Origin: Octopus sinensis
Taxonomy: Eukaryota
DNA length: 64,000 nucleotides
Direction: 5' to 3'
NCBI RefSeq assembly: GCF_006345805.1
Contig: NW_021831988.1
Location: 62,001-126,000, forward strand
Positions 12,224 to 24,434 of the stretch are shown one piece after another. Each line of letters opens with the position of its first letter. The stretch's first letter is position 1. Below the pieces are notes generated by a model, which saw only the letters and a program-made list of their open reading frames with translations, was not told the DNA's origin and did not search any database. The translations under genes were made by a program, and so were the position numbers.

Positions 12224-13179
12224 TCACTCATCATCCGAGGACTCCTCACGATGTCGAATAAACTCCTACAATCAACACAAACAACTAAACCTCAGCTAAA
12301 GACAAGGCCGCCTGCCTGTCATCCTCCGAGACTTGGCCAAACAATCCACCCGTCTCAACCCCAACATAACTCAACTCACATTCCACTCTTTTCAGCCTCG
12401 TCCGATCCCTCACCGAATAAATCCTACACATAAAACACAACAATCCAACACTTTCGCCGCCTCCCGAATAAGTTCGTCCTTCTCCATTCCCCCCAACTAA
12501 CAACTACCAATAACTACCCACGTTAACAAGAGCTTCAATCTCCGTCCGTGCTGCGTGGTGGTTCTTCCCAAAAGCAGTCCCAAAACATCGCTAAAATAAG
12601 GAGGAGGACATACATAGACACTCCCAGAGGCATCTACTGAACAACACGTAGGCCGACCGTGTTCATCCAGACCGGCTAAAGCAATATTTAATCCGAATGG
12701 TCTGAATGCGGAATAGAGGGTGTGGGCGTGGATATACATCGACATCCGAAGAGACAGAGTCTACAAATAATTGATATGGTCACGTTTATTGGCATTTCAT
12801 GACCGTTTTCGGCCATATATTCTCGACTTTGCTTTCTTCCGTAGTCGACGATGTGGTAGGCATCGGCTACCATTCCAGAGAAGGTCTGCTCGGTGAAAAA
12901 CTGATTCTACCATTCCAGCCGACTGGGTGATGTTAAAACATCTTGTTTCCTTCTCTGATTCATAAAGGGGGCCCTTTACGGTCTTGTCCACTGCAAAAAC
13001 AACTCCAGTCTTTCCTACGAGGCATACCACAGTGCTATGATAAGACAGGGTGACTATACTTGCTGTTGTCCACTGCCTTTTGGGCGTATTTCACCTGAAA
13101 GACGCTTCCGTCGGGGGCAAATTGAGAAGCAGACAAGTCGTACTATTAATTAATATATACGGCATACTCCGTCGTGCAT
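12224..13179 (-). CDS. PSMA3: Proteasome subunit alpha type-3 (alpha7)
   Basis: [49 protein letters not shown] and acidic C-terminus EESSDDE. Eight introns of 23-26 nt. Confidence 0.92.
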
Positions 13180-14329
13180 CACAACAAACAAATGTGATTT
13201 TATTAATCATAAATTAGAATTTTTATTAGCAAGGTTAAGTAAAAAGTTTTATTTTAAACAAATTGTTACTAAAACAGTTCACCACTAAGTATTCTGCGCA
13301 AATAGCCGGACGGCACTTGAAACTAATTACATCAATGAGGCAATTAATTCTTGTGCGTAACAAAACACTTGGCCTGATGAACCTTTTTCGGTTAGATCCC
13401 ACATTTGACAAAATACTTTCCATCATAATTTTATCGTGTACATTTTTGGATTCAATATTCAAAACTGTGTTTCCCTTCATTTAATTCTCAAATATGGCCT
13501 GAGCATCCACTCGGTTAGGATAAGAATTTTCCTAAAAGTAGACACCAATTTTTACCATTCTATTTTCGATGCTGATATGAGAATCAACTCACAGATGTTA
13601 AAACATCAAAGAAAAGAAACTGAAACTGACCAATTCGACTTAAATTTACACAAAAAAGCTACACCAGGACCTCGGCGTTTGAAATGTAAAACTACAAGAA
13701 AAAAGCAAAAGTGGAAAAATTAGAGGCACTAGTAAACCTGATAATTTTCTCACTTCTCACGACATCACAGAATCTATTCATGCAAAATTAAATATCTGCC
13801 TACTGTTTTTCTCAATGCTCTGTCTTATATCAAAAACCCTTTAGGAACACCATCCTCTGTTTTTTCGGCAACTTAGTCAATCTTTCTCTTGATATAGAAC
13901 TCATTAAAGAAAATGGGAAGCTCAATATTGACTTTGATGGAACAAACTACCGTACAAATTTAGCTGAAACTTTTCCCAATCGGATTCTTTAGCTCAATGA
14001 ACCTCTCAAAGCAGCAATTACGATTTCACCAAAGACGAATGAAATTCTTGCAAAAAGTGCAAAAATTAGTGCTTGTCATTAGTGATAAAGGATTCAGCTT
14101 CTAATTAAAAGCCTGACTCTTAAAACCACAAACTTATCCTATGGAATAATCGATTTTAGGAAAATTACATTCTGCAATACATGAATTATTTCTGATGTAA
14201 GTGTCATCTGCATAATGGAAGGAGATCAAAATTTCATTTCTTTATGGTTTGCATCTATGGAATTCATGTATGTTGATCAAACAGAAATATTTTAAAATTA
14301 TCTTTACAAAGTCGCCCTTTGGAGTTCAA

Positions 14330-15450
14330 ACTAGATATCCATCATTCGCGAATAAACGACGACGTATAGCATGAGCCAGTCACTCCCAGAGATCTCAAAG
14401 CGCTGCGCATGGTAGCGAAATCTCCGATGGTTCAGGAAAAGAGAACAAGTGGTGGACGGAGATTGGGTAGAGGTTGAACATCTGGCGATAGTTACACGTT
14501 CCTTTCTTGGCAGTCATGATTTTGATTCATCGATTTCCGATGGAGGTTCTTGGATTATTTGGTTCGGCGATAGTCTCCGGATGGCCCTTGTGGAGATAAA
14601 ATCGTCTATTAGAACCAATCTTTTTTTCCGTTTCCTAAAGGGATTTTCACCGAGTTCTTTCCAGATCAGCACAGGTAGCCGTATTTGCCTATTGTTGGCG
14701 GATTTGTGAAAATTGTGTGTCGGGTGGTAAGCAGCCGTGGAGTCATCCAAAATTGAAGTCCGCGCATTTCGAGATGGTCAGCGACGGGCAGAATTTTTGT
14801 TTTCTAATGGAGGTGATCAAAGGGGAAGATTTTAAAGTGATCATTCTGAACCCAGCATTCTGGACTCGTTGTAAGTTCTCAAGGGATGTAAGTGAGACGC
14901 ACGGAGACCAGCAGGGGAGGCATAATTCATTTTTGTTCGAATGAATTGTTTGTATATCAACTTTAAGCTTTCCTTGCTCGTCCAAAAGAATACCCCAAGA
15001 CTGCACGTGATGCGTTCAGCTTGTCCTGGTTTTAGTACATATCGTATTCAGAGAAACTCCGAGGTTGGCCTGAGCCTTTATGCACATGGGTAAATGTTTT
15101 TTCGATAGACATGTCTCATGAAATTCGTCTGATTTTGAAAGAGAAATTCCCCTGAGTGTTCTCCAGAATTGATTTGGTTTTGTTGTCTTGAGAGAAATCA
15201 TTTAGAACATCCTCCTTAGAATGAAGGGTAGGACCATCAAACTCTGCAAAGCAATCAGTCTCTGGGAGTGAAGTGTGGTCAGTCAGGGACATGATAGTCT
15301 TGACAATACATCGGTTGAAGACTCACTCGTACTGAGCTAAAAACTGCATTAGTAAACGCCAAAATCAACCAAAGTGATACAAAAAATTCAGCTTTGAAGC
15401 CATCTGATATAATAAATGATCTCAACAAATCTATTAAGGACGTGGCCATA
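14330..15450 (-). mobile_element. Decayed APE-type LINE, RT C-terminal region
   Basis: CLPCWSPCVSLTSLENLQRVQNAGFRMI is typical of the post-RT region (Y.spvWsP..LervQN). A related piece lies at about 9970-10030. Confidence 0.55.
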
Positions 15451-15559
15451 ACTAAAAAAATGCCAAGCTTTTACTTGGTTTGGTAGCTCTCCTAAAAAGG
15501 GGGTGACAGCCACCAAATAAATCAAATATAACCAGGGTTACCCCGGTTAATTCCCACTC

Positions 15560-16740
15560 TCTTCGATTGGAAACATTGATTGGAATCATTTCAATTTTTA
15601 TATGGCAATGAAATTGGCAAATGCTCGAGAAATAAAAATGCAAAATCGTGATGAGATTAATGGATGAACGAATAAGAAAAGTTACTATAAATTATCTGGA
15701 GAATTATGAAAAAAGAAGTTTCTCTTCTTATAGAAAAAATAGATTGATAAATGAAGAGCAGTCTAAACTTTTTCGTGAAAAAAGGAACATAAAGTAAATT
15801 AAAACGGTGCTGGGATCCACAAGATGCCATCCTTCTTAAACAGAGATTAAAATCGACTAAAAAATTATTAGAGAAATTATCTATGAACATAGTAAAGGAG
15901 AGCTAGAAAAAGAATGTTCTAAACTTTCTCATAAAAATCCGCATTTTTGGAATCTTTACTCAAAGTTCCGATAACAAAGGAGGGGAGATAAAACTCAGGT
16001 CAAGTGGAGGCAATCTAATTCCGAATGCTAAAGTACCTGAGAAGTTAAGAGAACAGCTAACTCTGATTCAAGAGGTGGACTTTTTGTCGGTGATTTCACG
16101 GACTATACAAAATGATATGTGTATGTGGGAAACGCCATCGCTTACTGAGGAACCATTATGTGAAGTAATTTATATGGAAGAAATCATGCTTGCAATAAAT
16201 GGATGTAAAAATAAATCCCCCGGTTGGGAATACATACCGATGATTATCTTCAAAAAGGCGAAAATGCCTTTATTATATGAACTATGGAAGTTATTTAATT
16301 CTTCGTGGAGTACCGAGCATGTCCCTAAAACGTGAAAGAGGACAATTGTTTGCATGATCCCGAATAAGGGCAAACCGAGTTCAGATCCTGGGAATTACAG
16401 GCCAAATAGCCGCATATGCTCAATCTTAAAAATTATGGAAAAAAAATATATTTAACAGACTATCAACTTATATTGAAGATAATCAATACCTTTTGCCAGA
16501 GCAATGGAGATTTCGACGTAAAAGGGGCACTGAAATTGTTTTCGCCACTAAAGGAGGCTATTTATACTGCACAAAGGAAAAAAAGAAAATTTCCCTTATG
16601 AAAGGAATTCCACAGGGATCTGTCACCAGTCCACTTTTGTTTAATTTTGTGATGTGCGACATTCCTAAAGTGGATCATCCTAACATGGAGATGGATTTAA
16701 AATCCAAATTAACCACCAAGTTTGAGGGATCTGTGTGATC
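15560..16740 (+). mobile_element. Decayed LINE (Jockey/CR1/I-like) RT fragment
   Basis: EEIMLAINGCKNKSPGWEYIP, DPGNYRP, EQWRFRRKRGT and GIPQGSVTSPLLFN, with frameshifts and deletions. Confidence 0.8.
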
Positions 16741-17229
16741 CATTGATAAATTATTGCATCATATAAGCAAATAGTGAAGCATGGAGCAATTTTTTTTTGT
16801 AGAAGGGACATATGGTGTGTTGTTTCACACTGCCCCAATCAGTAAAACAAACTCGATTCTTTCTCCTTGGGTTCGTTTTGGTTCTTTCTTTTTCTCCATT
16901 AATTTGTTAATGACGAGTTTGTAATTTATAAAATTAACTTTTCTATGTTAGCCCAATGGCCCAAATGAGGATGTTTGTTAAAGATGATGCAGAATACAAT
17001 CCACTGAAATCCTTCCTTGAAGGGCAAGATTGTGATATTTCGAAAGTTAAAAATTCCGACTAAAAAGAAAGCTGAAAATTTCTTATTGACAGAAAGTCAT
17101 ATCTGCAAAATATTAATCAACTTCACAAGCTCGTTATAGATTTAACAAACACAAAAGAAATGAAAATCATGGCTCAAGAAATCTAAGAAAAAAACCATTG
17201 TCAGCTTATAATTATTCTCTGAACCCAAT

Positions 17230-19160
17230 TCACAGTTTATTGAGCAGGATTTTTAATTCCATGTTTCCAAATTACGAATCATTTGTTCTTCTTTGACGAT
17301 CTAAGGATATTCGCCCTTAAAAACATTTAGTAATTAAAATGATGAAAGCGGTTGATGGATTCTTCAAAATTGTAGGTTTGGAGGTGAATTCAGAAAAGTC
17401 GGCATCAAATGTTAAATAGTTATTTTTTGTGAGATTTTGGAAGGATACAATGTATTGAGAAACAGATTCTTATTGAACTTTTTGTACATTTGCTTATATC
17501 CTGTCCATCTTACTATAAAACTCATAAACATGGGGAGTGAATCAGAAATGTGCTTTTCATAGGAAACAATTCAGGTTCAATGAATACCTCGAACTAAAAC
17601 TTATGCTCGTTTCCAACGCAGAACACCCAGAGACAATTATTACTAAGATCTGCTGAGACTCGTCGACCACATTCTACGGACCCCTCTGTTCCCGCTAATG
17701 ACATTATGGAAACATACTATCAATGTTCTGGGTCTTTTCGAAGGAGACCAGGAACGACACTAACACTAGTCATAAATAGCGACCTAAAGCATGCCGGATT
17801 GTCACTAGAAGATGCAGACAATCTATACCATTTTCAAGTCAATTTGTCTATTATGAACTTCAAATTTACAATTACTACAGTGATGCTGAACGACATAGTC
17901 AAGCGGAATCTCGTAACTGCCGGATTCCCATCACAGTTGGAACCGGTCGGCCTGGTTCGGAAGAATGGTAAACGTCCTGATGGCCTAACATCTTTCCCCT
18001 TTGAAAATGACAAGTCTCTCATCTGGAACGCAACTTGTACTGACACCTTCTCTTGTGGTCTTTCAAAAACTAATTCAATCTTAATAACAAGTGCTCTTAA
18101 TACCTTGTTTTACTATATTACCCTAACTAAGCCTGTGATTCGATTGTTATATTACAAAGTATTCACCATACTCCGAGGAGTTTCTGCTTGGAGTCTCTTT
18201 ATACCTAGGTTCATCCTGCTTAACAGCGTCCATAGCAAAATCGGCGACATTGGAGTGCTTGCAAAATACTTTCGGGCTCATCGATCAAGAATTTGGTAAC
18301 AGAACGTTTCGGCTGCGCTTGGATTCCTTGCTTCGAGCAGTAGCATCGATGATCTTAAGCCAATTCACTTGCGGAATTTGTTTTTGTCTGAAATTAGTAC
18401 ATCCGAAGACCATTGTCAATCACCTGCTTGTGCACAGAAATATTATTGGGCTGTCAAGTGACCCATAATTTTTTCTTTTCAAAAGAGGTTACATAATGCT
18501 CTCGTCGTTGAAAACAGATTACTATCTTATACGAAAAGCATAACCATGCTTTCGAACACAAAGTTAAATTCGGTCAATTTGTTTCGTGCTATAAATAAAT
18601 ATGCCATTTCCTTATACAACTATAACATTGGACTTAACAATATGAATTAAGCCTTATGAATTTGATATACGACAACTTATCAATATTCAGCCTCATGAAT
18701 TTATTGTATCGACCGACAACTTCTAACGACTCTCAGGCTGCATCTCAAACCTGAAAATAAATAAAGGTTATACCTAAACCTAAAAATCTTTGGGGAGGGG
18801 ACTTGCTTCGGTTTTTTTCAAGAGTGAACTGATGCTCCTCCAGTTCCAGAAAAGTTTAGAAAGGCAGTCAGTATGCTTACGAAGGACCGGAATTCTGCAA
18901 GTGATAAAAACAAATAAATGGCAGTTAGCTACAATTGGAGGTCCAAGTATGAAACTCTCGAAATGAAGAATATGGATGTTAGCTCACCAAAAATGCTCTA
19001 AAAATATTTGCTTGAGAACATTAATTGTAAAATGCTACATTCGGTGTTTTTCAAATGTATGGAAGAACAAAATATTGACCTAACCACGTCCTAAGAGTGG
19101 TTATCTAAAGGAAACAACGGTCCATGTAGTGTGGCATTGTACTGTCTCTTCTACGACATG
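17230..19160 (+). mobile_element. R4/Dong-like RLE retrotransposon relic, interrupted by other fragments
   Basis: FDDLRIFA..FFKIVGLEVNSEKSASN, FRAINKYAISLYNYNIG, RLYL..GEGLASV..SELMLLQF and EWLSKGN. Confidence 0.7.
17875..18060 (+). mobile_element. CRE-clade RLE domain fragment
   Basis: [55 protein letters not shown] is the PD..D restriction-like endonuclease motif of CRE elements. Confidence 0.8.
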
Positions 19161-19229
19161 AATTCAATTCACTTTAGATAGCAATTAAGATAAGGCTTAT
19201 TTTAGAGATTTAAAAAATTATACTTAATG

Positions 19230-19655
19230 ACGATACTTGACCGCACTATACAATGCAAGCTGGAGATTTGGATACGTACCAAACTCTTGGAAAAAGTCAA
19301 TCGTACGTATGATTCCAAAGCTTGAAAAATGAAGGACCATGCAGAGAACTATCGGCCAATAAGCCTAATATGCTCCGTCTCTAAAATTATGGAACAAGGC
19401 TTTTGAACTTCGTAGAGGAATCAGGTGCACTTGCAGGAGAGCAGTGAGGATTCCGACGAAAAAGATCCTGCGGAGATTGTTTCGGAGAACTCAAAAAAGC
19501 CATCTCGCTTAGTCTTGCAAACAATATAGCGACTATTGCTATCTGCCTTGATGTCTCAAAAGTTTTTAACAGCGTATGGCACCTGGGGCTCTTTAAAAGT
19601 GTCGCCAGAATCAAACCCGGGTCTAGAATGATCAACTTATTCAAAGGATCTTGCT
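19230..19655 (+). mobile_element. LINE RT fragment
   Basis: ENYRPISLICSVSKIME, EQ*GFRRKRSCGDC and AICLDVSKVFNSVWHLGL. Confidence 0.8.
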
Positions 19656-20027
19656 GACTGTTTTATTTTTGCTATTTTGGATTCATTTCCAAGCATCACA
19701 AAAATGATTGCAGTGGACTTATTATTTCTCTGCAATGTTGTCAATTGTAGCAATGATAATTCAAACATTTATTGCCACGTCCAGATTAGTTTCAGAAATA
19801 TCATATAAACCAAAAAAAGTCCACATATTACTATTTCATGGAGCTTTTGAGCCTAGTTGTCGAAGAACTGAGTTTTTAGAAGTATATAATTACAATCTTC
19901 ATATGTTATGAAATAAAAGAACTTTACAATTTGATTGCGCTGATGTTAAAAACAACTTAGAATAAATACCTATAATTATTATATTAATAATTTTATTATA
20001 ACAAAATACACAATTTTAAACAGTCGA

Positions 20028-21144
20028 ATGTGGTTTATATTGTTATCTCTATTAAATCACGTTTTCTCAGAAAATGTACAAAATATCAAACTGATACTTA
20101 GATAACCGTAAAGAGATATGACCCCACAAACGAAAGCTCCGCCGTCTTCATAAGCTACGAATCTGGGAATTATGTGGTCACATATGTCGTCAGTATATTG
20201 AACGGTCCCTCCGTTATGACGATGAACAACACCAAGGATAATCAACCTGCCGAAAATCATCCTCTCATCATCTCAGAGACACTCCAAAATTCAAAACACC
20301 TCAACTTCTTTTTAGGATTTGTCCTCTCTCAAATTGTGGACAACGGGACTGATAAAAACGTGACTTACTCCTGTGGGGATATGGATTGGCGGATCAACTC
20401 ATCGATGTGTCATTCTGGCCCGGATCCCTGCTTTATTGCTATCACATCGGGCAGTTTCAGTGTGATGGTCACCCTGAATGGAGAAGAGGACAAAAATTCT
20501 TATCCAAACCTCAAATTATCCCCCAAGAAGGTGGGAGTGGAGATGATCGCGGAGAATTATTCGAGCATGTTCAATTCGTCGAATTTGATATTCGAGGTGA
20601 CGACTTTCTTCCAGGAAATGGTGAGTCCTGAGCTGAGTAACTATCGGGTCATCAACGACATTGCCATTCCTGGAGTGTTCCACGTTTGTCTCCTATTTAT
20701 TGTCAGTTTAGTCGCATTCTCTCATTTCCTGATCCCAGAACTGACCAAATATTTATTATGTGGCCTAAAATATATTTGTCGTCACCAACGGGTGGACAAA
20801 ATGGTAACTTGGTGGACGTGAAGAGTCTTGTGGGGACCACTCTGTCTGGTCCAGTGCAAATGGGGGAGCCTTTTTTTGCGAGTGGGCCGATCAACGTTGT
20901 GGGACGTGTTCTGAGGGTTCCCTTCTTAAGTGAAGACTACCAGAAGAGTAAATATGTCTCCTGGTAGTCCCTGGTATTGGACTTTGGTAGGACTTTTACT
21001 GTCACGATCGGGAGGGCTACTCCGGAGAATATGACTTGGATGTACGTGATTATTGGATCCGTCCTTGCATTGCCTCTCTTGGCTGTGGTGGGGTACGTGG
21101 TTTACTTCCGAGTGAGGATGGGAGGGTATTCCATTCTTTCGTGA
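20028..21144 (+). CDS. GLMP: Glycosylated lysosomal membrane protein (NCU-G1)
   Basis: Signal peptide, many NxS/T sequons, NDIAIPGVF, YQKSKYVSWTFTVTIG, C-terminal TM helix and GYSIL (GYxxL) lysosomal sorting tail. Introns of 26, 23 and 27 nt. Confidence 0.7.
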
Positions 21145-21224
21145 TATTCTAATTTCTCATATTGTCAGATTTAACGTTTAATACAGGAATAAGGCGTGAA
21201 TTAGAAGTTAGATTAATTAAATTT

Positions 21225-21640
21225 TCAATTTACTGGTCTTGGGCCTCCCTGAACAGCACCATCATCTTTCGTGATCCTCTTGCTATTATTTTGTCCTTCC
21301 TCAGAGTATTCGTTTTTTGTCACCTCATCATGTCTCCTCTTCATCGAGTTGGCTCCCCTTTGGTGAGTGTTCCACACTGCATAATCTTTGTTGAGAATCA
21401 ATGCTTTAGTCATTACGTCTTCGAAACCATGTTTATATTCTACGAACATTCCTTCCAACGTCTTCTTTAATGCAATCGTTTGGATGTATGCCAGAACACT
21501 GTCTTTAATGCCAATCAAATCCATGTATATTTTAAAATACTTGGAGGTGATTGCATCCCAGGTAATGACAATCGGAAGTATTTTGACTTTGGCTTTGTAA
21601 ATGATTTCTAATTCACTTGCCAGGATATCATATTTATGAA
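21225..21640 (-). mobile_element. R4/Dong-like RLE retrotransposon 3' fragment
   Basis: KYDILASELEIIYKAKVKILPIVITWDAITSKY..LAYIQTIALKKTLE is the C-terminus of an RLE domain. Confidence 0.75.
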
Positions 21641-21839
21641 ACATTTAACTAAATAATCATTTTATGAAATTTAAAATATTTTTTTACGTTTTTCGTTAGA
21701 TAAATTCGAAAGTAAATTTTTTTTTGTATTAGTTAATATTTAAATATATTTAACGACTATTTAAATAACGAAACTTGAAATTTTTGATAAAATTTAAAAA
21801 AAAATTTCTCGCTATTTGTTTGTGGTAAACCATGTGTCC

Positions 21840-23050
21840 GAGGGTGAACAATATGAAGAAAAAGAATAAAAAATTATCAAATTCAACAAAAACTAGAAAT
21901 TATTGATTTCAAAAAAATAATCCTGATGTTACTCAGGAAAATTTGGCTCAGTGGTTCAATATACTTATTGGAGTGATCAATTCCCCGTTGAAGAAAATGC
22001 AATTGGATGGATCAAGGCATCATAAACGAAAAAAGAATATTATATTTAAAAGTTGTACTGTTAAAATATATGAATCACTATATGCATGGATTCAGAACAA
22101 ACGTTTCTGTAATCACACCATAACTAATGAAATGGTACGCGAAATGGCACTCATCAAGGGCTTCAGGAAAATTTTCTAAATAATGAATAACACTGTTATT
22201 ATGCACAAATATGAAAAGAGATAAAGAGCCTCCGTTGGTAATCGGAAAATTAAAAAATCCTCATGGCTTTAAGAATATAATACAGTGAATCCTCGCAAAT
22301 GGCCATTTTTGGTACATAGAGATTTTATGGCCAATTTAGAAAAATGGCCAATTGAAAAAAATCAATATTAAAAAATAAATAAACACGTTTAAATTTATAA
22401 AATAAAATTCAATCCCTAATTCCTTTTTATTTGCTCTTTTTACATTTTCTTTGTATTTTCTTATTGCAGTAATCAGCGAAACATCATTCTCATTTTCTGC
22501 ATTACAGTAAAGTTGCCTTTCTATTCTAGTTAATGTCTTTGCAATATCTTGTGGAATAAATGTGAGAATCTGTCAGCCAGAAGCTGACACGAAACACTGT
22601 CATTTTCTTCTTGTAGTTATAATTGTGTGTTTTTTCAAGAAAGTGAGCCGAGTATAACGTCCACGAGAAATTTTATAAGACATGTGTTAAAAAAATAGTT
22701 TATTTTCTAATTAAAAAAATAATAATTCAAAAATTGGCCAATTTGAGAATTGGCCAATTTACTAAGAAAATTAATTTTTTTCTTAGTAAATTGTGAAAAA
22801 TTGGCCAATTTAAAAATTGGCCAATTTGCGAGGTGGCCAATTTGCGAGGATTCACTGTATGAATAATCTGGGGATTCAATATGAAAATAACAATAAATCT
22901 TGGATGACCAGTTTTATTTTTAAAAATTGGATTGAAAGGTTAAATGAGTGTGGAAAATAGACAGTTTTTTCTTTTTTAGATAATGCACCAGTCCAGAAAA
23001 TTAAAAAGAAGGAACTTAAAATTACCGATTACATGAAACGTTTTTAATTA
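21840..23050 (+). mobile_element. Tigger/pogo transposase relic (host of the MITE at 22283)
   Basis: HTH-like VTQENLAQWFN and LYAWIQ..ITNEMVREMAL. After the MITE: IQYENNNKSWMTSFIFKNWIERLN..LDNAP. Confidence 0.7.
22283..22857 (-). mobile_element. pogo-family MITE (deletion derivative of the element at 42883)
   Basis: TIR cagtgaatcctcgcaaat, TA TSD and internal ttggccaa repeats. Near-identical to both ends of 42883-44102 in reverse orientation. Confidence 0.92.
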
Positions 23051-23714
23051 AAAAATTTTTTTTCGTTAAATGAATAGTCTACTGTATCACTGTGAAATGG
23101 CGATGTGTGTCTGACTTTTAGAAATAGACTACGGGTACAAGATAATATGTCACATGGGCCACGCGATACCTATGGGCAGCCTGTTACATTGACCTTGAAT
23201 TAAGATTAACTTCAATTAATTTCATTTTATTAATAAAACCACAAAGAGTAAAATTTTGTTAACTATTTTTTTAGTCTGGTCATTAGTAATGTGACATAAT
23301 ATGCGAGTAGCTTTGTTGAACATAGAACCTGACATAAGTAAAATTATTCTGAACGAACAAGATCAGAAATCTCACTGAATTACTGCTAAATTGTCTGTTA
23401 TTTTGATAATTTTCATGTTTTTTTATCTAATAAATATTCGAACCTGCACCCGACAAGGCCAAAAATTGTGCGCCTATAGCAAAAAAATATTTTATTTAAG
23501 ATGGTCCCCACAAAATTTTATAATGCAAAAGTGGTCCTCAATCTAAAACAGGTTGGGAACCGCTTTGCTAGATCTAGTTTAAATGGTGTACTTCATAAGT
23601 ATTTTATTTGATTTTAATAATGAAAGAGGACAACTAACGGAGATGTTAATCGGATTAACACTTAATATATATTAATACGGAATGGTTTAAGTATAATCTT
23701 CTAAGTTAACCTGC

Positions 23715-24148
23715 ATGTTCTCTTACATATTTTTGGCGATTTTATTTCATTTTATGAACTCTTCAAATGTCACAAATGTTAGGAATGTCACGAATATCCC
23801 AAATGTCACAAGTGTTACAAATATCCCAAATGTCACAAATATCCCAAATGTCACAAATATCACAAATGTTACAAGTATCACAAGTGTTACAAGTATCACA
23901 AATGTCACACATTCCAGAAATGTATTAAAAATGTTGAAAATAATACCATTTAGACAAATTTTGCGACAACAACTCAACTTTCAAATTTTTCTTCAAGATC
24001 TGTAGCCAATAAACCCACTAAAATTGCCTTCTTAACTATTCTAGGCTTAATGGTGCTAATTCCAATTGTTGGCATTATTTTCATATGCACCAATCAACTA
24101 AAATTCAAAGAATATTCAAAAGAATTGAAATTATCAAATAAATTATGA
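23715..24148 (+). CDS. Small type-I membrane mucin-like glycoprotein (orphan)
   Basis: Signal peptide MFSYIFLAILFHF, then NVT/NIP/SIT tripeptide repeats, a 32-nt intron, a TM helix IAFLTILGLMVLIPIVGIIFIC and a short basic tail. Confidence 0.72.
23766..23909 (+). repeat. 9-nt coding tandem repeat (aatgtcaca/aatatccca/agtatcaca)
   Basis: About 16 degenerate 9-nt units visible directly. Confidence 0.9.
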
Positions 24149-24434
24149 AGTTTATTTACAATTTAATTATTCTTTGTACTAATGGTTTTTACTTTTTCTG
24201 GTCAATATTTAAAATGTATTCTTTCTAGAATATCTTTTTTAATGTTTAATATATCTATATCAAAGAATCAGAAATGGAAATAGCAATAATTAAAATCCTG
24301 ACAAATTGAAAAATAAAACTCTAAATCATTACGTAATCCGCGCTTTAATTAATTTGCTATCATACAATTTTATTCGCCCGGATTCTTATTAAAATTGTAA
24401 ATTAAAAATAGATATAATGCAATGTGGCGAAATA

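Noticed and set aside
23747-23977. Hydrophobic antisense ORF (VTFGIF repeats)
   Set aside because: It is the shadow of the 9-nt repeat on the opposite strand. The plus strand has the signal peptide, intron and TM.
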